Source: Octopus vulgaris
Lineage: Eukaryota
Length of the DNA: 64,000 bases
Reading direction: 5' to 3'
NCBI GenBank assembly: GCA_951406725.2
Contig: OX597824.1
Location: forward strand, 79,298,001-79,362,000
The notes beneath the pieces were generated by a model that worked only from the letters and a program-made list of their open reading frames with translations, ran no database searches and had not been told where the DNA came from. Positions 12,475-23,988 of this stretch are shown in pieces. Positions within the stretch are counted from its first letter, which is position 1. The number at the start of each line of letters is the position of its first letter. Made by a program: the position numbers and the translations under genes.

Positions 12475-12924
12475 TTTCAAATTTTGGCACACAGCCAGCA
12501 ATTTTAGGTGGTTGGAGTAGTTGATTACATCAACCCCGACCACCAAGTATTTCACTGGTACTTTATTTTATTGCCACTGCAAGAATGAAAGTCAGAGTTC
12601 ACCTCAGTAGTATTTGAACACAGAACATAAGGAGCTGGAAGAAATGCTGCTAAGCATTTTGTCTAGTGTGTTAATGATTTTGCTAGCTCACCACCTTATA
12701 ATAATAATCCTTTCTACTATAGGCACAAGGCCTGAAATTTTGGGGGAGGGAGCTAGTCGATTACACTGACCCCCCAGTGTATCACTACTACTTAATTTAT
12801 CAATCCCGAAAGGATTAAAGGCGTAGCTGACCTCAGCAGAATTTGAACTCAGAACATAAACATAGACGAAATGCCACTAAGCATTTTGCCCAGGGTGTGC
12901 TAACGATTCTGCCAGCTTGTCACC

Positions 12925-12974
<50 letters not shown>

Positions 12975-13833
12975 TATAATAATTTGGGGGAGAGGGATAG
13001 TCAATATCATTGACCCAGGGTTTTGCTGGTACTTAATTTATTGACCCCGAAAGGATGAAAGGCAAAGTTGACCTCGGCAGAATTTGAACTCAGAACATTG
13101 CGGCAGGTGAAATACTGCAAAGCATTTCACCCAGCATGCTAACGATCCTGCCAGCTTGCCGCCTTCACCTTATAATAATAATAATTCTTTCTAATTTAAG
13201 CACAAGCCCAGCAATTTCAAGGGAAAGGGTTAAGTCACTTTCACGAACCCAAGAGCTCAACTGGTATTTATTCTATTGACCGTGAAAGGATGAAAGGCTA
13301 GATCAATCTTGGCAGAATCTGAACTCAGAGCATAAAGAACCAAAAGAAATAACAATAAGCATTTTGTTCAACATGTTAACAATTCTGTCAGCTCACTGCT
13401 GAAGCAATATCAGCAGCAGTAGTAGTAGTAGCAGTCCTTTCTACTATAGACACAAGGCCTGAAATTTTGGGGGAGAGGGCCTAGTAGATTTACATCAATC
13501 CCAATGTTCCACTAGCACTTATCTTATTGATTCTGACAAGATGAAAGGGGAAGTCAACCTCAGCAGAATTTGGATTCAGAACGTAAAAATGGATGAAATA
13601 CCACTAAAGAATTTTGTCTGGAGTTGCTAATAGTTCTGGCAGTTTGCTGTCTTTAATAGTCTCAAATTTTGATACAGGACTGGCAGTTTTTGAGAAGAGG
13701 GATAAATCGATCACATCAACCCCAGTGCTCAATTGGTACTTATTTTATCAACCCCAAAAGAATGAAACTCAGAATGAAAGCTGGATAAAATGCTGCCGAG
13801 TATTTTGTCTGTTGTGCTAATGTTTCTACCACC

Positions 13834-13871
<38 letters not shown>

Positions 13872-14235
13872 CCTTTCCACTAAAGGCACAAGGCCCAAAA
13901 TTTTAGGGGAGGGAGCTAGTCAATTACACTGACCCCCAGTGTATCACTACTACTTAATTTATCAATCCCGAAAGTATTAAAGGCGTAGCTGACCTCAGCA
14001 GAATTTGAACTCAGAACATAAACATGGGCGAAATGCCACTAAGCATTTTGCCCAGGGTGTGCTAACGATTCTGCCAGCTTGCCACCTTAATAATAATAAT
14101 AATAATAATAATAATCCTTTCTACTATAGGCACAAGGTCCAAAATTTCAAGGGAGCCAGTCAAGCTCGGCAGAATTAGAAATCAAAATGTAAAGACAGAC
14201 AAAATGCTAACGATTCTGCCAGCTTGCCACTTTAA
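12475..14235 (-). mobile_element. Head-to-tail array of about 8 SINE family B copies separated by (AAT)n
   Basis: Repeated unit ...gaccccgaaaggatgaaaggcaaagt.gacctcggcagaatttgaactcagaa...gctaacgattctgccagct.gcc.cctt; B-box gagttcaaatt on the minus strand. Confidence 0.88.
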
Positions 14236-14782
14236 CAATAATAAAACCTCATTAGAGCTTTAAATGGCTGCATTAAAACTATCTTACTCATTAATGATAC
14301 AGCAGAACACGTGCATTCATATGCACATGTGTGTATATAAAATGTGTTCCTGTCATCAAAAGTGATAGCTGTTTTATTAACTGAGAATGGTACATTTGTT
14401 CAAATGTACGTTGTATTTTTAAAAAAAATATTTACATTTTGATCTCAGCCAACCCATGCTAGCATGGAAAGCGGACGCTAAATGATGATGATGATGATGA
14501 TGAAACCACCTACCAAAAAAATAACAAGACACACAAGACGCCAATAAAACGATAGCCTTCCTCTTTTAGTTCTAGCATATTTTAATGGTCATCAATGGCT
14601 TAATGACAATAATAGAAAGTTAATTAAAAGTGATAAAAATGTATGGACAAAGATATAATTCTTCTAAAAATACTGAAAATTTGCATGTAATTATCATTAT
14701 TCCAATTCTTCTCTCACAATATCATCGTAAAACTTCATAGTCCATAAAGATTTCCTTATTTTCAGCTTAATTTATAAGGAAA

Positions 14783-15073
14783 CTAGTAGTATTGCCCAGC
14801 ATTGCTTGGGTTTGTTTCGACCCTTTAGAACTGGAATTTTTGAAAAGTAAAAATTTTGCATTATGTAGCTTGTAAGTGAACATTTTTCTGGTTGAAATAC
14901 ACCAAAAAATGGGGACACAGCAGTCAAAAAATCATTAAAAATAGGGATTTTCATAGAAAAAAAGTACCTTTTTGATTAAATAATTTTTGGTCTTAACCTG
15001 GTCTGATTTGAATTTTATCTTCTACGGAATGAAGAGCAAGCCTTCTTCTATCATACTCTCAATTTTGGTCAAC
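14783..15073 (-). mobile_element. 5'-truncated copy of the same Helitron family
   Basis: Reverse-complement match to about 27900-28188, including the hairpin and CTAG end. Confidence 0.75.
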
Positions 15074-15577
15074 ATAAAAACCTAGCCTTTTATTCGAACC
15101 CACTTATCTTTAATTCTCTTGTTCACCTATTCCTTGTTTGCCAGTCAGGGCAGTGTGATGAACACCTCATTGTACTACTCATTTTCATTTTACTACTTCT
15201 ATCGCTCACTGTACATTTGACAACCTTCCACTTCCACAATATTTCCATGTGTGGAAGCAATACACACACACATCACGTCACAATTCAGTACTCATGTACT
15301 AAACAATAGTATATTTAATACTGTACGTTTCAAAAGTATTCAAATTATGCTACAAGAACAAAGCTATCAGTTTCTATCAATCTTTTTGTCTTAATTCTCT
15401 TTCACCATTAATAAATTTAAATAACTTCAATAGATAAGCATCTTAAAATTTGGCTCATGTCAAAGTATTTGATTGCTAACCAAAACATTATAATTTTTAA
15501 TGTCATGAAAAGCCATGGCCAAAATAACAAGTACCATTGGTGTAGCAAACATGTCTGGTTGAAAGACACTGGACACA

Positions 15578-15940
15578 CATCATCATCATCATCATCGTTT
15601 AACGTCCGCTTTCCATGCTAGCATGGGTTGGGCGATTTTGACTGAGGGCTGGCAAACCAGATGGCTGCACCAGGCTCCAATCTTGATTTGGCAGAGTTTC
15701 TACAGCTGGATGCTCTTCCTAACACCAACCACTCCGAGAGTGTAGTGGGTGCTTTTACGTGCCACCAGCACGGGGGCCAGTCAGGCGGTACTGGCAATGA
15801 CCTCGCTCAAATCTTTTTACACATGCCACTGGCACAAGTTTCTGACAATGCAGTTTCTGAGCTGTCAAACAAGTGTCAGTAAGGTGACACTGGTAATGAT
15901 CACACTCGAATGGTGCCTTTTATGTGCCACTGGCATGTTG
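15578..15940 (-). mobile_element. RTE-3'UTR-related repeat
   Basis: Same family as 1478-1796. Confidence 0.75.
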
Positions 15941-16845
15941 TTTTGAAAACTCATTCAGACATGGCTGAATGGGGAAATGAACTTAAACCTAATGACAATA
16001 ATATTTGTTGTTATTGTTGTTGTTGGTAGTAGTGGTGGTGTTGTCAGTGATCAACCAAGGTAATTAAATACATATAAAAGAAAAACAGGATGCAGAGTGT
16101 AAGCTTACTTTAGTTTATTTAAAATAGCACTAATGCTACAGTGAGAATAAAAAGCTTGATAGCTCCATTATAAAGCACTGAGGATGCTACAAAAGAATAA
16201 GGAATAAAAATAGAACCTCATTGCCCGTAAAACTTAATATTTCTTTTAGGATTTAATTAATTGAATGCAAATGATTTAATTAGTCATAGGTAAATCAGGA
16301 TGAGTGCAAAACTTTCAACAGAAATGACAGTCAAGTAGTATCATTAAGCTCTCTTTGCAATCATGTGGTTCCAGATTTGATCCCACTGCGTGGCACAAAG
16401 GGCAAGGGTCTTTTAATAACAGGCACAGGTCAACCAAAAGTTCATAAATGAAACTGCAGAAACCTTATGGAAGCCTGTCAAATGAATTCTTTCTGCTCTT
16501 GGACTGTAGACTTAATCCACTATCCTTTGAGTGCCTTTACTAGTGTCCAGTCTGTATCAAATGATCAGATCAGGGCTCTAGTCTGGGAACAACCCATAAA
16601 TCATAATTTCTTTTTTTCTCCACTGGGTCCAGAGGTCCCACAAAAACCATCATGGGTATTGCTCTTCTTAGTTAGCATTTCAATAATTAGCTCTTTACTA
16701 CTATTGTTTGGCAGCTCAGAAGGCATAGGTAAGTGATCCAAGTAAGCAATAAGAACAAAACCAGTTGGTTTAATCCTTCTTTCAAACTACCTGAAATTTC
16801 ATAGTGAGTCTATAACTATATTGATATGATTCTGTATACATCTTT

Positions 16846-17210
16846 GTGGCTGTGTGGTAAGTAGCTTGCTTACCAACCACATGGTTCCGGGTTCAGTCCC
16901 ACTGCGTGACATTTTGGGCAAGTGTCTTCTACTATAGCCTCGGGCCGACCAAAGCCTTGTAAGTGGATTTGGTAGATGGAAACTGAAAGAAGCCCGTCAT
17001 GTATGTGTGTGTGTGTCTGTCTATGTTTATCCCCCTAGCATTGATTGACAACCGATGCTGGTGTGTTTATGTGCCCGTCACTTAGCAGTTCAGCAAAAGT
17101 GACCAATAGAATAAGAACTAGGCTTACAAAGAATAAGTCCGAGGGTTGATTTGCTCGATTAAAGGTGGTGCTCCAGCATGGCCGCAGTCAAATGACTGAA
17201 ACAAAAGAGT
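16846..17210 (+). mobile_element. SINE family A
   Basis: Family consensus match. Confidence 0.9.
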
Positions 17211-17453
17211 AGTCACTTATCTCCATCAACCTTCTGTGGTATTTACTCACTCAGGTACTGTAAATACTATTTATCCACCCACCCCCAGTTCTTACTGTAT
17301 CCCCACTACTGTCCCTGACCCACTCCTATTTCCTTTCCTTCATTTTTCCTTCTTAAATTGATATTAACTGCATTCAACTTAATCCCAATCTCTAATCATG
17401 CCACACTAATTTCATTCTAGCACCCTAACTTACCCACCCAGTTTGTACCTTAA

Positions 17454-17673
17454 CCCTTTCATTACCAACCCGGCTGAAACCTGCTCTGGCTCTGAGTACA
17501 AAAGTCTTGTTTTCTTAAGTTTTGAATCAAAATCTTCCACCAAACCTTAGTCACAATTTATGTTCTTAACACGAATTGAATGATAACTAAGTTATTTTAC
17601 TAAATTCTTTGTTATATTTAAAGTCATTGAAAGAAACACAGAGCATCTCAAAATAAATACAGTAACAAAAGGG
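17454..17673. mobile_element. piggyBac-type MITE, subfamily 2 (others 55141-55342, ~61646-61814, partial ~3710-3852)
   Basis: TTAA|cccttt...aaaggg|TTAA; 220 bp; internal sequence shared with the other copies. Confidence 0.78.
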
Positions 17674-18008
17674 TTAACCTCACATCACACTCTCTCTCTC
17701 CAGATGAGGAAGACATGTATTCACATCTTCAGCAAGGCAACAACTCCTGTCCTTCTACCATACTTTCATATCCTTCAATATTATATCCCACACTAAATTG
17801 AGGGATCTTGTCTTGCAGGTACTTGATGATCTCACCAGTATTGGTGCCATGAAAGAGATGCACCCAGTATGCTATGAAGTGGTTGGCATTAAGAAGGGTA
17901 CCTAGCAGTTGAAACCACACCAAAATTGTCCAACCCATGCCAGCATGAGAGAAGGGATGTTGATGATGATGATTGTTAATAAGTTTTCCTTCAAAACAAT
18001 AAACTTAC

Positions 18009-18068
18009 TCTGGGCATAGTGTCTTCTTTGTCCTTCTCACTTTCCTTTTTGGTTTCATGGGCAGCAAC
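18009..18068 (-). CDS. First recognisable (partly) coding exon of the minus-strand gene; probable start ATG at 18017-18015 (MPR...)
   Basis: Acceptor tttttcccccttctgcttgcag|GTT and donor AGA|gtaagt. The 60-nt exon is open (VAAHETKKESEKDKEDTMPR) and joins the 11857 exon in phase 0. The ATG has A at -3. Confidence 0.7.
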
Positions 18069-19385
18069 CTGCAAGCAGAAGGGGGAAAAAAGAATAATAA
18101 TCGTTGACAAAACAAAATCAGAATATCAATATATAACAATTTCTCTCATTAAATAATGATAGAAGAAATTGATAACTTAATTTTGAGTACCTAATTAAAA
18201 TGAAAAATTAATTTTATGTTTTTACAGTCAATAACACAAAAATAAAATTGTATATATGACTAGTGTCTATGAAGAGATAACTAACATCCATTATTAATGC
18301 TAATTAGCAAAGATGTATTGACCTTTCCATTTCAATAATTTTTTACAACAAATTATAACAATAATGGCTTTTGTTAATCTTATTTTACGAGCGAGTGAGT
18401 AGAAGAAAAATATCATAAGAGATTGAAGATAATCATTAAGTTTATAATCAGAAGCAATTAAACTGCTATCAGGTTATTATTAAAGCTAAACATCATCAAA
18501 TTAAATTGATTATGCTTCAGGTATATTTGGAAAAGCAACCGACTTCATCACAATATCTAGTGCCCACTTTGTCAAATGAGGAAAGTAAATGAAAACTCAC
18601 AAGAAGACAAGGTATACATCTATTATCTTCAAGATTCCAATGTTTATAAAGAAAAATTTCTCTATATGATAATGTACTGGGAAAACTCATTTTTTAAACA
18701 GCAATAATAATATATTTCTGTATATTCAAAGGAAGAAACTACATTATACAGGTGACATATGCATGTGTGCATGCATGCATATGTATGTAATGTTTCTGAG
18801 ATAGAAAAGAGGTGGGATATAATTTTAAAATGTCATAACCATTAGCATTTAAACTGGAAGAGTTTAATTATTCACTTTTACAGTGAATTTATGAGCACTA
18901 ACATTAAGGAATGAATTTTGATAACTTGTAATCAAAACTATTGATTTAAAAATTTTCCTGATACCAGTTTTTAAATCTAATTAGATAGCTGGGTAGCACC
19001 TCAAATGGCCACAAATTCAATAAGCCAATAAGGAAAACTTAATATAACCACTCAACATAGAAAACCAGCCAAATCTCCATCTTAAATTGAAAGACACGTT
19101 TCATAATGTGCTCCAAAACACAATCCTTTTATCGTTTTCATCCTCTCAGTTGAGACCTATGAGAGGAGGGAATGATGATTATGACTTGAACATCAACATC
19201 ATTTCATAGGTCATTAAATGGCAAACAGGCAGAATCATTAACATGCCAGGCAAAAGGCTTAGCAGCATTTCGCTCCTTTTTTTGTTCTAAGTTCAAATTT
19301 CACCTGAGGATAACTTTACTTTTCATCCTTTCAGGGGCCGATAAAATAAAATAAACACCAGGGGCCAATAAAATAAAATAAAATG

Positions 19386-19782
19386 GGCGTAGGAGTGGCT
19401 GTGTAGTAAGTAGCTTGCTTATGAACCACATGGTTCCGGGGTTCAGTCCTACTGCGTGGCACCTCAGGCAAGTATCTTCTACTATAGCCTGGAGCTGACC
19501 AAAGCCTTGTGAGTGGATCTGGTAGACCGAAACTGAAAGAAGCCCATCGTATATATGTATATACATATATGTGTGTGTATATGTTTGTGTCTGTGTTTGT
19601 CACCCCCAACATCGCTTGACAACCAATGCTGGTGTGTTTACGTCTCCATAACTTAGTAGTTCGGCAAAAGAGACCGATAGAATAAATACTAGGCTTACAA
19701 AGAATAAGTCCTGGGGTTGATTTGCTCAACTAAAGGCAGTGCTTCAGCATGGCCACAGTCAAATGACTGAAACAAGTAAAAG
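19386..19782 (+). mobile_element. SINE family A
   Basis: Family consensus match. Confidence 0.9.
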
Positions 19783-22700
19783 AATGCCAGTTAATTACTG
19801 GGGTAAAAGGGATCAACTCCTCTCCAAGCCTCTGGCCATATGCCAAAATTTGAAACAATCATTTCATAGATTTGTTCAATCAGGGCTGATCTGGATTAAA
19901 CAACAGTTGAACAGAGAGCTAATATAAATTCTACAAAGATAATGGAGCTCAAAAATAAGCAAAAATTTCCCTCGTGAAATGGTTTCAATTCCTCATTTGA
20001 TCCAATGCACTATAGCTGTGTCTACAACTGTGTACATATGCCATTATAGACATTCTCAGTTAATAGCGTTTTACATTTTTTAAAAAATATTAAAACTGGA
20101 AATACTTCTCTTTTGAGTCACAAATATCCAGCAACATAATCTTAGAGAGCTTTTGCATCAATCTTTGTCTTTAACAAGGATCAGTGGCAAAAGAGGATTG
20201 GTCAGAAATGAGCATACAACTGCTCTTATACTGCAGATTATATTATATGGAAACAGAAGAGGATGTTGATTATGAGTTGATAACAGTATCTCCTAATTTA
20301 ATAATGAGCGTAGTGTTTTCATATATTTGTGTATATACATATATTTAACCAAAATCACACTGGATGTGGGGGAGGAGAGAAAACGGTAATTCAGTGAAGG
20401 AGAAGTAGTGAGAGTAATAGCCCTGACTGAGAGGGAGTGAGAGAAAGTAATAGCAATGAGAGAAAGGAAGGGGGTGATAGATGAATAAGGAAGGAAGGGG
20501 TAAAAAAAAATCAGCGTTTCAACTCTGTGTGAGTATATGTGTGTGCATGTACAAGGGAATTATGTGAATGTTTGTATGTGTGATTATTATGTACCTTATT
20601 TATATATAAAATACTACAATTAGCTGCCGTTATTGATGGCACACGGTCAGCTAGTGACATTATAAAATGTCTCATAACACATAACCCTACCATCTTTAAA
20701 AGGGAAGGAGAACATCTTGCAGTTCTATTAGATTAGTTTAATTAGTTTATGATATTTACTATGACAGTTAATTTACAAAAAAGGAAAACAATTAGTGTGG
20801 GGGGGGGGGACATAACAAAAGAATTACGGTGGAAGATTTTAATTTAACAGGTGATTTTTCATTAAACAACCAGAGGTAAGCATTGACTAAATTAATGTGT
20901 TGGTGTTAATAGAATATAAGAGATGGAAAGGGATTATCCATTTTGAAAACATGTTATTGACAATATTACTTCCAATGTATTTCAATAAAACAAAAGGCAT
21001 ATGTTTGCTAAATAAAATCTCAAACTAGCATTCTGAACAAATATTTCTATTGATGTTTTAACTTTGGGTGCTCTCAGTTTTGGTCTGAAAAGGTAAAACA
21101 AATTAGATAACTATCCAATTAATTAGTCAATTAGCTTTTAAACCATTCCCTACAAGACAGGGGTTTTTGATATGGTTGGTGACAGTGATGTATTTAATGT
21201 TTAGTCTGAACTATTTGTAAGCTCAATGTCTTCTACACATGTGACATCTACGTAGTTGATACTCTTTAGCATTTAAACCAGCCATATCCAGTCAAAATAT
21301 TCCATCTGTTTTATGTTCAAACTGACCAGATCCAGGCTCTTACACCTACCCTACAATGTTATTCTACATTAAACAATCACATCATCGAAATCTCAAGGAT
21401 GAGATAATGCATGATTAATTCAAAACAATGTGAATCAATAAGCATTATAATAGAATAACCTGAACAAGGGTTAGACAACTGTAGTTCAATGTCTCCCACA
21501 CAGGTGACACTGATGGAGTTGGCGTCCAATTTGAACTACTGTAGCTTAATGTCTCTAACACTGGTGATGTTGATGTGGTTGGTGTTCAGTCTGAATTGGA
21601 TTAGGTTAATGTCTTGCAGAAAAAATAACTGCCAAATAATTCTGATGGATCAAAGACTGGAAAAAAAAATATTTAGAGTGGGACATAGGTAACAGATAGA
21701 AGTGATGAAAGGGGCAGAGACAAATGGGTTGGATGTGTCTAGAAGAAGGTACACAACTATCTTATTTAGAGGAATAGTCACTGTAGTAGCAACGGAAGGG
21801 TAGAGTTGAAACAGTAAGTATATGAACCAGTGGTGAATATTTGCTATCAATCCAGTATATTACTGGTACTTATTTTATTGGTCTCAAAAGGATAGATAGC
21901 TTAGTATTTAAACTTAATACTGAGGATACCTAAACTAAAATTCATTTGAGTCAATCTCCCCACAACTTGGAACTTTTCCATCTACTAAAAAAGCTAATGT
22001 ATAATTTAACAAACTACAGCAATTATTAATAACATCAATTAATAAGACAATGATAAAAATAGAAATCAATATAATTTACTTCATGCAGTCACCAAAATTC
22101 TAGGACACCTCCCAGACAATGGGATGTATTTTTATAAAAGTAGTAAAAAAAATTCTATTATTGATTTTCAATTCACAAGTCATCATTAAGACGATGTTAG
22201 AGAGAGCGCGGGGAGTGACAGGAAAGGATGTTCTGAATATGGAATTATTTAACTTTAAATAGAAAGGTAAGAAAAGTTTAAATGAAATGCAGAAAATATA
22301 ATGATGATGATGATGGTGACAACAACAACAATAAATAAATAAATAAATAAATAACTGAAGTTCATAAAAGTTGAAAATACCATTTTCTGAAATTACATGA
22401 TAAACTATGAGCTTTTCTTAAACATTTTCTTTTCTTTTTTAGTTGTAAATGTTGTTCATTCACAAGTGATTATCATCAATGACAATATACATTGAAGAAA
22501 AGAAAATCAATGTAAAGGCTATACGATACTTAAGAGCTGACAATATAATTTTCTTTTTTTTAAATGACTAAATTTTCATTCAAATCTCAATGACTATTAT
22601 TAAAGTGAAGGATTTTTAATCTTAAGATCAGTTCTTCTGCTTGTTTAAAAAAATAATAATTAATAAAGAAATTTCAATGTTTAATATCTAAAATAGAAAA

Positions 22701-23501
22701 TCTGTTGTTATGGTTGAGTATTAAATTATCTCACACTAAAACAATGTTGCATTTTTATCCCCCCCACCCACCCACCCACCCTATCCCCATGATTTCTTTT
22801 ACAGCTTTTGTGGATTACACAAAGGAATTTCAAAGCTGTCACTTGGACTGCAAGAAATAGCAACCAAATTTCTCTCAAATAATACACTTGACCTAAAAAA
22901 ATAAATAAATGACCATATTTGATAATGTGGTCCTAGATATCCCAGATGCTGTGATAAAAAATAAAAAAAGCACAGGTGATAATTTCTTTTGAATATAAGT
23001 CTTCTTAATTAAAGCTTGATTTAAGATTCAACAACAAAATTCTAATAGCTGAGATTTAGATTTCTTGGTGTAATTGTGTGGTTATGAAGTTTTCTTTCCA
23101 ACCATAAGGCCTTCGATTCTGTCCCACTGTGAGGCACTTGGGACAAGTGTCTACTGTTATAGCACTGAGCCAACCCAAGCCATACCAGTAGATTTGGTAG
23201 ACAGAAACTGAAAGAAGATAGTTGCACATGTGTGTATGTACTCTCGTTGAAACAGCATATGATAGTTGTAAATGAACATCACTGTCATACAAGTGAGCTT
23301 GTTCGTTTCCACTCTTCCAGGAAAAACATGACTGGCTATGGGGAAATATTACCATACTTGGAAACAGGTGAGGAACAGCAATGAGAAGAGCATCTGGCTG
23401 CAGAAAATCTGCCACAACAAATTACAATTTTCTAAACTATTTAACTTCTCATTAGAAGCAATATTTATATCATTTATATTTACACAACATACAAGGATAT
23501 A

Positions 23502-23880
23502 GGCGTAAGAGTGGCTGTGTGGTAAGTAGCTTGCTTACGAACCACATGGTTCTGGGTTCAGTCCCACTGAGTGGCACCTTGGGCAAGTGTCTTCTACTAT
23601 AGCCTCAGGCCAACCAAAGCCTTGTGAGTGGATTTGGTAGACGGAAACTGAAAGAAGCCCATCGTGTGTATGTGTATTTGTGGGTCTGTGTTTGTTCCCC
23701 CATCATCGCTTGACAACTGATGCTGGAGTGTTTACATCCCCGTAACTTAGCGGTTCGGCAAAAGAGACTGATAGAATAAGTACTAGGCTTACAAAGAATA
23801 AAGTCCTGGGGTCGATTTGCTCGACTAAAGGTGGTGCTCCAGCATGGCCACAGTCAAATGATTGAAACAAGTAAAAGAGT
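23502..23880 (+). mobile_element. SINE family A
   Basis: Family consensus match. Confidence 0.9.
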
Positions 23881-23945
23881 AACATTTCAATCAGGTTTTT
23901 ATCTTAATTATTATCATGTGGGTTATTCCATGAAATAATAATTAC

Positions 23946-23988
23946 CTGTGATATTTGGCAGTTTGAACCAATCAAAATATAGTTCAGT
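23946..23988 (-). other. Candidate 43-nt upstream exon (5'UTR or coding) of the same gene
   Basis: Acceptor aatttttctttag|AC and donor CAG|gtaatt. Open in the frame that joins the 18068 exon (LNYILIGSNCQISQ). No independent support. Confidence 0.35.

Noticed and set aside
12475-14235. CRISPR-like or tRNA-gene-array appearance
   Set aside because: Eukaryotic context; units are ~200-bp SINEs with degenerate tRNA heads; no cloverleaf, no repeat-spacer structure, no cas genes.
21040-21100. Possible minus-strand exon after acceptor tgttttaccttttcag
   Set aside because: No convincing donor site and no phase support.
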